Source: Malacoraja senta (lineage: Eukaryota). From it: a stretch of 64,000 nt of DNA. Where the stretch lies: NCBI GenBank assembly GCA_038087875.1, contig CM075988.1, positions 21,330,001 through 21,394,000 on the forward strand. Direction: 5' to 3'. The translations under genes were made by a program, and so were the position numbers. Positions 11,564 to 23,225 of the stretch are shown here, one piece after another; the stretch's first letter is position 1, and the number at the start of each line of letters is the position of its first letter. The notes under the pieces were generated by a model. That model did not search any database and had not been told where the DNA came from. It saw only the letters and a program-made list of their open reading frames with translations.

Positions 11564-11946
11564 GCCATGCCTCTGCTGAACAGTCAACAATCATTTTTAC
11601 ACCTCCATGTCATCTCACGGCAGATGAAACACTTGCTCTGGGCAATTAAATCTCCAGACATCTGCCTCATGATTCTAATATTAATGGATACTTTGAATGG
11701 ATAGAAATATTGGCAATGGCACATTTTAGCAGTGAAAAACTCAGATGCACACCACTAATTAAGGAAATGTCCCTCAGATGGTTCTAAGCGAATATCTCTG
11801 CCGGGTAATCATTGTGTGTTTTATAGAGCAAACCATATTGCTTCTTATCTTGTACTTAATTACAATCCACTATCAGCTTACAGCATTGAACAGGGAAGCT
11901 CCCAGTGACAACGTTCTGGAGCAGATTCAATTCTAACCATAGCTTG

Positions 11947-12240
11947 TGCGGCACGGTGGAACAGCGGTAGAGTTGCTGCCTTACAGCGCCGGAGACCCGG
12001 GGTCGATCCTGGCAACTGGTGCTGTCTGTGTGGAGTTTGTACGTTCTCCCCGCGACCGCGTGGGTTTTCTCCGGGTGCTCCGGTTTTCCTCTCACAGTCC
12101 AGAGACGTGCAGGTTTGTAGGTGAATTGGCTTCTGTAAATTGTCCCTAGTGTGCGGAGGATAGAATTAGTGTATGGGGGATCAGTGGTCGATGTTGGGAC
12201 AAAGGGCCTGTTTCCGTGCTGTATCTCTAAACTGAACTTA
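11947..12240 (+). mobile_element. HE1-like V-SINE
   Basis: Head GCGGCACGGTGGAACAGCGGTAGAG through tail GGGCCTGTTTCCGTGCTGTATCTCTAAACTG. Confidence 0.85.
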
Positions 12241-12822
12241 AAACGAAATAATGTGTGGAAAGGAACTGTAGATGCTGGTTTATACCAGAGATAGACACAT
12301 ATGATTCGGACAAGTGGCCAAAACAGATGTGCAATGGTACACTACAGCCCATGGTCCAAGGATAGTTCCTTCTTGCTGTCGATCTAAATACACTATCATT
12401 TACTGTTGCCCAAATACCAGTGAAACTCAGAGCAATTGCTATTGCAACGTTTAAGAAACATTTTGACAGGTACATGGGTGGGGCAGGTTTAGAGGGATAT
12501 GGGCCAAATACAGGCAGGTGGGACATGTAAGTGGGACATATTGGTCGATTTAGTTTAGTTTAGTTTAGTTTAGAGATACAGTGCAGAAACAGGCCCTTCG
12601 GCCCACCGAGTCCGCGCCGACCAGCGATCCCCGCACATTCACACTCTCCTACACACACTAGGGACAATTTACAATTTTACTGAAGCCAATTAACCTACAA
12701 ACTTGTCCGTCTTTGGAATGTGGGAGGAAACCGGAGAAAACCCACGCAGGTCACGGGGAGAAGGTACAAACTCCGTACAGACAGCACCTGTAGTCAGGGT
12801 CGAACCCGGGTCTCTGGCGCTT

Positions 12823-13043
12823 GGCGATTTTGCCGACGTCATATCAGTGTCGCCAAAATCCAATCCCCAGTGTTCAAAATCCATCGGCGACAAAAAAAAT
12901 GTTGCGACACTTGAAAAAGCACCGCGCGTCATACGTCATCATGCCGCTTCACGATGCATCACGCTGCGTATTTTTCGGTGACCTGATACGTCAGTCAATG
13001 ATGCCGGCTGTCACCGAAAAAATCGGCAAGTGGGACAGGCCCT
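12823..13043. mobile_element. Harbinger-like MITE, left end lost
   Basis: Right TIR ...AAGTGGGACAGGCCCT followed by TAA; same terminus as the 2968-3422 element. Confidence 0.7.
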
Positions 13044-13046
13044 TAA

Positions 13047-13376
13047 TAGCCCTGTCCCACGGTACGAGTTCATTCCAAGAGCTCTCCCGAGTTTGCCCTG
13101 ATTCTAACTCGGAGATTTACGGTAATGGCCGCTCGTCAGTACTCGGGGCTCTCGTGGACATTTTTCAACACGTTGAGAAATCTTCACGAGTCTTCCCGTG
13201 CTTACCTGCCGTTAGCGAGTCTTCCCGAGTACCTGCCGTTAGCGTAACGAGCCACTAAGAGACGTCCCCGAGCTCCGACGTACCCGCTACGTTCATTCTC
13301 CGTGCTTACCACGAGTTTGATTTTTTTTTAACTCGGGAGAGCTCTTGGAATGAACTCGTACCGTGGGACTGGGCTT
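13047..13376. mobile_element. Harbinger-like MITE, complete, TAA TSD
   Basis: ~47-bp TIRs (T)AGCCCTGTCCCACGGTACGAGTTCATTCCAAGAGCTCTCCCGAGTT and its reverse complement; TAA at 13044-13046 and 13377-13379. Confidence 0.85.
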
Positions 13377-14651
13377 TAAGGCAGCAACTCTACCACTTCA
13401 CCACCTGCGCCACCCTGTTGTGGTGTGGGCAAGCTGGGCAGAAGCACCTATTCCATGCTATATGACTATGGCCATTGTGGTGAATCTGTGGAATTCTTTG
13501 CCACAGAAGGCTGTGGAGGTCAAGTCAGTGGATATTTTTAAGGCAGAGATAGAGAGATTCTTGATTAGTACGGGTGTCAGAGGTTATGGGGAGAAGGCAG
13601 GAGAATGGGGTTGGGAGGGAGAGATAGATCAGTCATGGTGGAATGGCGGAGTAGACTTGATAGGCCGAATGGCCTAATTCTGCTCCTATCACTTATGAAC
13701 ATGACTCCTAGTGGGGTGTTGGGCACCTTTATCAAGAGTCCCTGGAGGCATTGTATAGCATAAAGTCTTGCCTGTGATACACCCCGCTAAAGATTCCTCC
13801 TCTGGTCCCTCTTGCCAACACTAGCAGTACCACCCCTAAGATCACGGTGTATAAATTTGCCGGGTCTGCAGTCCGCTGAAGGGGCATGTCATGATAAGCT
13901 GAAGAAATATTAAAGGTTCAAAACAATAAAAACAAACATCTCCCTGCAATTTGACAGTTCGACTGTTTCTGCATTAGACTCACTGCCCTGTACATAAAAT
14001 ACACAGCATCTGTGCAGAGCATGTCATGTAAACAATTCACTGCTGTACCAAAGTATGCAGATCCTTGACACATGTGAATACTCCGAATACCTCACCAAAC
14101 CTTGCAGAGGTTCTCCTGAGAAAATGTGTTAAAGTTAAAATGATGAACACCGCTTTCAACATAAACGGTTTAAAAAGTGGTTGAAAAGTCTAAGCTGACT
14201 AAAATTAATCCCCCTCTTTTTCTGTTAAGCCATTTGCCACTCGTACTAAGTTCTACATGACAGCTGCCTGGCTCGTACTTGCTTTGAACACCAACGCTAG
14301 GACATAAACATGGTCAAAAATAGGTTTGGTGGGCAAAGGAAAAAGACAAATGATTGTGTGGGGATTGTACAATAGTGGGGAAAGTGCCTTCAGCATAATA
14401 GATGCGATCTACACAAATTACATGGATCAAAATTTACAGCAAAATAATGTTTGTTGATTCCTTTTAGATTTTAGACTCTAGACCTTTGAGATACAGCGTG
14501 GAAACAGGCCCTTCAACCCACTTAGTCCGCACCGAACAGCAATCACCTCATTGGAGATCCTTGGACTATCTGTGATCGGAATTTACTGGACTTTATCTTG
14601 CGTTAGACATTATTTACATTATTCCCTTTATCGTGTACTTGTGCAGTGGAT

Positions 14652-14652
<1 letters not shown>

Positions 14653-14739
<87 letters not shown>

Positions 14740-14788
14740 TGTGCGTGCGTGCATGCGTGCGTGCGTGCGTGTGTGTGTGTGTGCGTGT

Positions 14789-14830
<42 letters not shown>

Positions 14831-14865
14831 GTGCGTGTGCGCGTGCGTGTGTGTGTGTGTGTGTG
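14653..14865. repeat. (GT)n/(GC) alternating purine-pyrimidine microsatellite
   Basis: Read directly. Confidence 0.95.
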
Positions 14866-14882
14866 CCCACATACACAAATAA

Positions 14883-15206
14883 GGGTGGCATGGTGGTGCA
14901 GCGGTAGAGTTGCTGCCTTACAGCTCCAGAGACCCAGGTTCAATCCTGACTACGGGTGCTGTCTCTACGGAATTTGTTCGTTCTCTCTGTGATCCCCTGG
15001 GGTTTTCTCCGGGAACTCCGCTTTCCTCCCACATTCCAAAGAAAAATGGTTTTGTAGGTTGATTGGCATCTGCAAATTGGCCGTAGTGTGTAGGATAGAT
15101 CTAGTATACGGGTGTTTGATGGTGATTGTTGGGCCGAAGGGCCTGTTTCCATGCTGTAATCCTAAACTAAACTAAACTAAACTAAACTCAACTAAACTCA
15201 ACTAAA
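14883..15206 (+). mobile_element. HE1-like V-SINE with extended (CTAAA)n tail
   Basis: Head, body and tail all recognisable. Confidence 0.85.
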
Positions 15207-15614
15207 CACAAACATGGTCCTTGCAAACTTACTCAAGCATGTACAGGCACACAAATTGTTTTTCAACTCCCTCTTCACAGCAGAGGTTAAGGTCTATTAT
15301 TGTTACATGTACCGAGGTACAGTGAATAGCTTTGTTTTGCATGCTATCCAATCAAATTAGATAATGCTATACCATAAATACAATGAAGCCAAACTCAAGT
15401 ACAATAGATAGAGCAAAGGGGAAGAATACAGAGTGCAAAATATAAATCTGGCTTCTTTTATGTTGGGAGATTTACAAATACATTACTGTAAATATTTGTC
15501 AAGTAAATGAGCTTAGTTCGTGTGCCAGCATCTCATTGGGCCCGTCTCCAAAAACATGCAATTGGTCAAAGTGAAGAGTGCTGCAATGTTGGAGAGGAAG
15601 ATATGCACAGGTCC

Positions 15615-16375
15615 CAGAGACAGAGAGACATGGTCATAGTGGTAGAGTCATAGAGACATAGAGACATGGAGACACAGAGACACAGAGACACAGAGACACA
15701 GAGACACAGAGACAGACACAGAGACACAGAGACACAGAGACATAGAGACACAGAGACACAGAGACACAGAGACAGACACAGAGACACAGAGACACAGAGA
15801 CACAGAGACACAGAGACACAGAGACACAGAGACACAGAGACACAGAGACATAGAGACCAATAGACCATAGACAATAGACAATAGGTGCAGGAGTAGGCCA
15901 TTCGGCCCTTCGAGCCAGCACCGCCATTCAATGTGATCATGGCTGATCATCCCCAATCAGTACCCCGTTCCTGCCTTCTCCCCATATCCCCTGACTCCGC
16001 TATCTTTAAGAGCCCTATCTAGCTCTCTCTTGAAAGTAAGACATAGAGACACAGAGACACAGACACAGAGACACAGAGACACAGAGACACAGACACAGAG
16101 ACACAGAGACACAGAGACAGACACAGAGACACAGAGACACAGATACACAGAGACACAGAGACACAGAGACACAGAGACAGACACAGAGACACAGAGACAC
16201 AGAGACAGACACAGAGACACAGAGACACAGAGACACAGACAGAGACACAGAGACACAGAGACACAGAGATAGAGACACAGAGACACAGAGACACAGAGAC
16301 ACAGAGACACAGAGACAGAGACACAGAGACACAGAGACACAGAGACACAGATACATAGAGACACAGAGACACAGT
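15615..16375. repeat. Two (GAGACACA)n octamer arrays flanking a CR1 3' end (15860-16035, minus strand)
   Basis: Read directly; arrays at about 15650-15857 and 16040-16375. Confidence 0.9.
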
Positions 16376-16591
16376 CACACAGGGTGGAACATGCCCACGC
16401 CGACCAACATGCCCCATCTACACCAATCCCACCTGCCCACACTTGGCCCATAACCCACTAACCATTATCCTATCCATGTACCAGCCCAAATGTCTCTGAA
16501 ATGTTGTGATAGTTCTTGCCTCAACTGGCTCTTCTGGCAGCTCGTTCCATTAACCTATCACCCTCTGTGTAAAAAAGTTACCTCTCAGGTT

Positions 16592-16784
16592 CTGGAAAAC
16601 TGCAAACGTAATAGCAAGTAGGCCAGTAACGCTAACATCTGCCACTGGGAAAATGCTGGAATCCATTATTAAGAAGATATAACATGAGAGTTACAAAACC
16701 ATAATGCAACCTAGCAGAGTCAACAGAGATTTATTTGGAAAGCAAAAACTTGTTTTGCAAGTTGCTCGATTTCTTTGTGGATGT
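16592..16784 (+). mobile_element. Old, internally deleted CR1 ORF2 relic; near-duplicate at 55746-55935
   Basis: Remnants of WKTANV / RPVTLTS..GKMLESIIK. Confidence 0.65.
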
Positions 16785-17612
16785 TATAGAATAATACAGC
16801 ATGGAAACAGGCCCTTCGGCCCAACTTGCCCACACTGACCAACATGTCCCAGCTACACTAGTCCCACCTGCCTGCATTTGGCCCACATCCCTCCAAACCT
16901 GTCCTATACTACACTAGTCTACACTAGTCGCACCTGGTCCATTTTGGCCCATATCCTTCTAAACCTGTCCTATCCAAGTACCTGCAGGAGTTTGCACGTT
17001 CTCCTGTGACCATGTGGGTTTTCTCCGGGTGCTCCGGTTTCCTCCCACACTCCAAAGACGTGCAGTTTGCAGGTTGATCGGCTTCTGGTGTGCTGGATAG
17101 AACTAGTGTACGGGCGAACGATGGTCTGCGTGCCCTCGGCGGGCCGAAGGGCCTGTTTCCCTGCTGTATCTCTAAAAAAAACTAAAACTGTAAGGAGACA
17201 TTGCTCACCTGAAACACCCAGGAATGACCTGACACAACTCTGTACACACAGAGAGATAGATACCTGCCTGTGCCTCCCTGTAATGCCCCCTCCTAAAGCC
17301 TGCAGCAACCTCATGATGCCGGCAGTGTCACCACAGAGGCTCCTATCCAAAGCATAGGTCAGCTGTGAACACACTGTATTCACACAGTGAACACTCATTG
17401 TGTCTGAAGAAGGGTCCCGACCCGAAACATCACCTGTCCACGTTCTCCAGAGATGCTGCCTGCCCCGCTGAGTTACTCCAGCATTTTGTGTCTACCTGTA
17501 ATTTCCTTTATCATGTATCTGTACACTGCTTGAATGTGTTTGTGTAGTCTTTCTGCTGAATGGATAGTACACGATAAAAAAGATTTTCACTAAACCTTGG
17601 TACACGTGACAA

Positions 17613-17990
17613 TAAACTAAACTAAACTAACTAAACTAAACTAAACTAAACTAAACTAACTAAACTAACTAAACTAACTAAACTAACTAAACTAACTAAA
17701 CTAAACTAACTAACTAACTAACTAAACTAAACTAAACTAAACTAAACTAAACTAAACTAAACTAACTAAACTAACTAAACTAACTAAACTAAACTAACTA
17801 ACTAACTAAACTAAACTAAACTAAACTAAACTAAACTAAACTAACTAAACTAAACTAAACTAAACTAAACTAAACTAATTAAACTAAACTAAACTAAACT
17901 AAACTAAACTAAACTAAACTAAAACGAACTAATCTAAACTAAAGTAAACTGAACTAAATTAAACTAACTAAATTAAATTAAATTAAAGTT
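17613..17990. repeat. (TAAAC)n/(TAAC)n microsatellite, about 375 bp
   Basis: Read directly; continuous with a retroelement tail GTGACAATAAACTAAAC. Confidence 0.95.
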
Positions 17991-19659
17991 AAGTAAAGGT
18001 ATGAATTTTTTGATTGAACTGCAGATGCTGGTTATACACCAAAGACAGACACAAAATGCTGGAGTAACTCAGCGGGACAGGCAGCATCTCTGGAGAGAAG
18101 GAATGGGTGACGTTTTGGGTCGAGACCCTTCTTCAGACTGAGAATCGGGGGAGAGGGAGCCTAGAGGTGAACTTTATCTCAGTGTGCAGCCTGAAGAAGG
18201 GTGAACACACTCCCTAGACTGAGTGCATGCTATTGGCTTTGGGAGGTATTTGAGTTGCTGACTCATCATAACCAGGATTAAGATAGATGATAAAAACACA
18301 GGGTAAACTAAAACTATGTGATAACAGGATCCCCAGATAACAGAATAGGATTAGACAAAGGCAGCAGGCAGCAGGCAGCATCAGGGGAAATTGTGTTCGA
18401 TTAATCTGTTGGAGTTTTTTGAGAATGTAACTGGTCGATTAGATAAGGGACAGACAGTGGTGTATTCAGATTTTCAAAAGCTCTTTGTTTAAGTCCCACA
18501 AGAGGTCGGTGAGCTAAATTAAAACATGGGACTGAGGATAATATACTGACATGGATTGAATATTGTTATCAGAGAAAGTTCATAAATCATTGGAGCAGAA
18601 TTTGGCCATTCGGCCCATCGAGCCCACTCCGCCATTCAATCATGGCTGATCTATCATTCCCTCTCAACCCCATTATCCGTCTTTCTTCCCGTAACCTTTG
18701 ACAACCTTACTAATTAAGAACCAGAGATGCTGCCTGTCCCGCTGAGTTATCCAGCATTTTGTGCCTATCTTCGGTGTAAACCAGCATCTGCAATTCCCTC
18801 CTGCACAGTAATATTTCTCCGAAGATAGACACAAAAGCCAGAGTAACTCAGCGGGACGGGCAGCGTCTCTGGAGAGAAGGAATGGGTGACCGTTCTGGGT
18901 CAAGACGCTTCTTCAGACTCATTTAGTAACATTTCTCAGTGTGCTGTTGACATGGAAATGGGCAGGGTTGTGAGGACGGGAGGGTGAAGAGAGAGTTCAA
19001 GGTGCTTTAGACAAGTTGAGTGAGTGGGCTGACACATGGCAACTGCAGAATAATGTGGATAAGTATGAAGTTACGCATCCTTAGGAAACAAAGAAACCCC
19101 ACCCCACCACGACCAGAGAGCAGTCCTGAACTACTATCTACCTCTTTGTTGACCCTCGGACTATCCTTGAACGGACTTTGCTGGCTTTACCTTGCACTTA
19201 ACGATATTCCCCCATCATGTATCTACACACTGTAAATGGTTCGATTGTAATCATGTATTGTCTTTCTGATGACTGGATAGCAGGCAACAGCAAGCTTTTC
19301 ACTGTACCTCGGTACGCATGACAATAAACTGAACTGATAACTGAACTGAGGAGGATTATTTACATGGTTAGAGATGATGAGATGTTGACGTGCAAAGTGA
19401 ATTGGGTGTCCTTGTACACTAGACAACGAGGAGAAACATTAAGATACAGCAAGCTGTCAACAATGGCATTTATTCAGATTAAGATTAGTTTCTTGTCATA
19501 TATAGCAGGGTGCATGACACTCCTCGTTCAAGCACACAGAGTAAACAGCTTACATGCAGTATTGATAAATACAAGAATAAATAAAACACGTGCAAAATTC
19601 GAGATTGGGGCAAATCTTTTAGTGCAAAGTCCAAGTAGAGCAAAAGTACTATCATTGAG

Positions 19660-20979
19660 CCCACTCAGGCTATTTTTTAGGCGACTACAGGCAACTAGGC
19701 TGTCGCCACATGGTCGCTGCGGTGTTACCTGCATGGTCTGAAGAAGGGTTTCGGCCCGAAACGTTACCTATTTCCTTCGCTCCATAGATGCTGCTGCACC
19801 CGCTGAGTTTCTCCAGCATTTTTGTGTACCTTCGATTTTCCAGCATCTGCAGTTCCTTCTTTAACACTTTGTCTACTCCACTGGTCGTGAGTAGTCTCTC
19901 TCCTCAGTCGCCCAAAGAGTCGTAGCGTCTTTCTGGTCGCTGTTGGATTTGACCACCAGGGTGCTGGGGAGATGGCCGCCCTGCCGGCAGTCTGTTCGTT
20001 TTTCCATTCTTTTTGTTAAAAGTTTGTTTAAATGTTCTTCGGTTTGTTTTATGTGGGGGAGGGGGGGAACTTTTTTCCAAGTTCCTACCTTCCCGGAGAT
20101 GTGATTATTTTTCGGATCACTTTCTCCGGGCTCTGCAACCTACCATCGATAGAGCTGGAAGCCTCCTCGGACTGTGAGCCCCACCGCGGGTCGTGTATTT
20201 AACATCGGAGCTGATCCCTTGCCTGGGATCGCTCCCACCGCGACCACCGCGGACTTTACCATCAAGAGCTCGCAATCTTAGGGAGAGGCTGAGTCGGGAG
20301 CTCCAACGTCACGGAAGGTTCGACCAGCCCCGACGCGAGGTTCGATCGCCCGGCGCGGGGGGGGGGGGGTTGACATCCCCCCCCGATGTGGGAGCGGACC
20401 GCCTCGACGTGGAGGGGCCCGAAATGCCGCCGGCTACGGGAGTCAAGATCATCCCGTCAACGGGGCTTCGAGGCCCATGACTGAGGAAGAACTAAGGGGA
20501 AGGACTTGAACTTTATTTCGCCCTCCATCACAGTGAGGAATGTGTAGGAGTCACTGTGGTGGATGTTTATGTTAAAATGTGTTTTTGAGTGATCTGTTGC
20601 TTCTTATTTGTGTGACTGACCTGGCCAATGAAATTCCTCGTATGTTGCAAAACATACTTGGCGAATAAAGTGTGATTCTGATTCTGATTCTGATTCTGAT
20701 TTTCAACATGTTGAAAACTTTTCAGAGACTGTCGGCGACAGTAGGTTTGACGCCAATGAGCGTAGCTTGACGTCTCCTGACGTAGGTGCTGTCGTAGTTG
20801 TAGCCAGGATAACGTAGGTTGTCGCCAGGTGACGTAGGTTGTCGCTGGTGCTGACTTTGGGGTTTTTTGTTGTTAAATTAATGATTCTATTTCAAATTTT
20901 TTGTCAAAGGGGGGTCCAGTCGCCGTTTTTTCGGCGACCTGCTACGACTATGACAGCCGCCTAAAAGGGACAGTCCCTT
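19660..20979. mobile_element. Degenerate Harbinger-like MITE carrying nested insertions
   Basis: Left remnant CCCACTCAGGCTATTTTTTAGGCGACT; right remnant CGCCTAAAAGGGACAGTCCCTT followed by TAA. Contains a Penelope repeat (19737-19865) and a GC-rich retroelement (19951-20700). Confidence 0.6.
19951..20700 (+). mobile_element. GC-rich non-coding retroelement, copy A, (GATTCT)n tail
   Basis: GATGGC-type head, T-rich linker, GC-rich core, AATAAA and a hexamer tail; short GATTT junction repeat. Confidence 0.7.
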
Positions 20980-21579
20980 TAAGAGTAAGAGTATTTAGCA
21001 TCACCTCCGGGAAGTGGGTGTGAAAGAGGGTGGAACGGTAGCAAAGCGGTAGAATTGCTGCCTTACGGTGCCATAGATCCTGGTTCGATCCTGACTATGG
21101 ATGCTGTCTGTACGGAGTTTGTACGTTCTCCCAGTGACCTGTATGGGTTTTCGCCAGGTGCTCCGGTTTCCTCTCACACGCCAAAGGGAGTACAGGTTTG
21201 TAGGTTAATTGGCTTCAGTAACAAGAGTAAATTGTCCCTAGTGCGTAGGGCAGTGCTGGTGTACAGGGATCACCGGTTGGAGCGGACTCGGAGAGTTTCT
21301 ATCTCTCATTGTTGGTTCAGTTCCACAGTAACTCTTGCATCCGAGCTCCAGTCTCTCCACTGTGAAGATAATTTGTGCACCAAATATGGCACTCAGTTTC
21401 CAAGACTCACTACGATCCTGGCGAACATGGATAAAGTGACGTTTCGGGTTGGGACCTTCTTCTTCTGGAGCAGTTGGTCAATCATCCTCCAAGCCTGCTC
21501 TATAACTCCATGCTGGTCCTCTATCTCATTGCCATCTCCCCACTCTCTCCCGACGTCTCTACATGGCGGCGTACCCTGC

Positions 21580-22240
21580 CCTAACATCCGCAAGAAATTG
21601 CAGTGCATTGTGGACATAGCCCAGACCATCACACAAACCAACCTCCCTACCATTGACTCCATTTATACCTCACGCTGCCTCGGCAAGGACAGCAGCATAA
21701 TGCACTCTGACCATTCTTTCTTCTCCCCTCTCCCTTCAGGGAAAAGGTATAGAAGTGTGAAAACGCACACCTCCAGACACTTTCTTCCCAGCTGTTATCA
21801 GGCAATTGAACCATCCTACAACAACCAGAGAACAGTCCTGAACTACTATCTACCTCATTGGAGACAGACTATCTGATTGGACTTTGCTGGCTTTTACCTT
21901 GCACTAAACGTTATTCCTTTTTTTCATGTATCTGTACACTGTGATTGGGTTGATTGCAATCATGTATTAGGTCATAAGTGATAGGAGCAGAATTAGGCCA
22001 TTCAGCCCATCAAGTCTGCTGTGCCATGCAATCATGGCTAATCTATCTCTCCCTCCTAACCCCATTCTCCTGCCTTCTCCCCATAGCCCCTGACACCCGT
22101 ACTGATGAGGAATCTATCTATCTCTGCCTTAAAAATATCCATGTCCATTGACTGGTTAGCATGCAACAAAAGCTTTTCACCGTACCTCGATACAAGTGGC
22201 AATAATCTATTTAAGAAGGAACTAAACTGAAACTGAACTG
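21580..22240 (+). mobile_element. Rex1/Babar LINE 3' end interrupted by a CR1 tail (21970-22150)
   Basis: Reads KKLQCIVDIAQTIT...DSIYTSRCL...FSPLPSGKRYRSVKTHTSR, typical of the Rex1 ORF C-terminus. Confidence 0.8.
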
Positions 22241-22457
22241 AGGTTAAAAGACCGTTTCAAATGGTCCATAATTCACTGAACATTGAGGCGTTATATATGC
22301 TTGTGACACAGGCATGATACACTTGTCATAGCTACTGGCAGTATGAGTCAATTAGTCAGTAGCAGCATCTTAAAAGCTTATTATCCAACGGTGGCATGAA
22401 GGAAGGCTTTTTTTTAACACAGAGACAAGCCAATGGAAGCGCTGAATCTTCTTGTAC

Positions 22458-22585
22458 CTGCTTGTCAACGGAATAATGGAGAAGTCTGATGATCGTTCCG
22501 GGACACGTGGAACAAATCCATAATCATAATTTGGTGCCAGCGAGTGTGGCAACTCATCGTACGCAACGAGAAGCAGCTGCCGCAA
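22458..22585 (-). CDS. Candidate internal coding exon (unassigned): LRQLLLVAYDELPHSLAPNYDYGFVPRVPERSSDFSIIPLTS(R)
   Basis: Non-repetitive, CpG-enriched 128 nt with one open frame. Acceptor TTTCCCCTCGACATGCTTCAAG|, weak donor CAG|GTACAA. No protein family recognised. Confidence 0.3.
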
Positions 22586-22663
22586 CTTGAAGCATGTCGA
22601 GGGGAAAGTTTACGGAATACACAATAACGCTACCAGAGCACAGAGTAAACATTTTAGTTTCGT

Positions 22664-23225
22664 GTCATAGAGTGTTACAGTGTGGAAACAGGCCCTTTGG
22701 CCCACACCGACCCACATGTCCCAACTACACTAGTCCCACCTGCCTGCATTTGGCCCACACCTCTCCAAACCTGTCCTATCCATGTCCCTGTCTAAATGTT
22801 TCTTAATTGTTGGGATTGCCCCCAGCATCAACTACCTCCTCTGGCAGCTCTTTCCTGAGGAAGGGTTTTGGCCCAAAACGTTGCCTATTTCCTTCGCTCC
22901 ATAGATGCTGCTGCACCCGCTGAGTTTCTCCAGCACTTTTGTCTACCAGCTCATTCCATACACCCACCAACCTTTGTGTGAAAAAGTTACCCCTCAGATT
23001 CCTCTTAAGTCTTTTCCCCTTCACCTTAAACCTATGTCCTCTGGTCCTCGATTTACATACTCTGGGCAAGAGACTCTGTGCATCTACCCGATCTATTCCT
23101 CTCACGATTTCGTACACCTCTATAAGATCACCCCTCATCCTCCTGCGCTCCAAGGAAATTGTGTCCCAGCCTGCTCAACCTCTCCCTATAGCTCAGACAC
23201 TCGAGTACTGGCAACATCCTCGGAT
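22664..23225 (-). mobile_element. CR1 LINE 3' end with nested Penelope repeat (22850-22946)
   Basis: Reads ERRRMRGDLIEVYEIVRGIDRVDAQSLLP...FFTQRLVGVWNEL. Confidence 0.85.

Larger units (their letters stand above)
12549..13415 (-). mobile_element. HE1-like SINE interrupted by two Harbinger-like MITEs
   Basis: SINE tail and body at 12549-12822; the head resumes at 13377 (TAAGGCAGCAACTCTACC). Confidence 0.8.

Noticed and set aside
11090..11704. Long ORFs rich in RE/GR or SL/SP repeats
   Set aside because: Translations of the (CCCTCTCT)n microsatellite; the same applies to the ORFs over 14551-14992, 15566-16451 and 52990-53259.
21055..21876. Longest ORF in the track (273 aa)
   Set aside because: Chance read-through of a SINE, filler sequence and a Rex1 C-terminal fragment; not a coherent gene.
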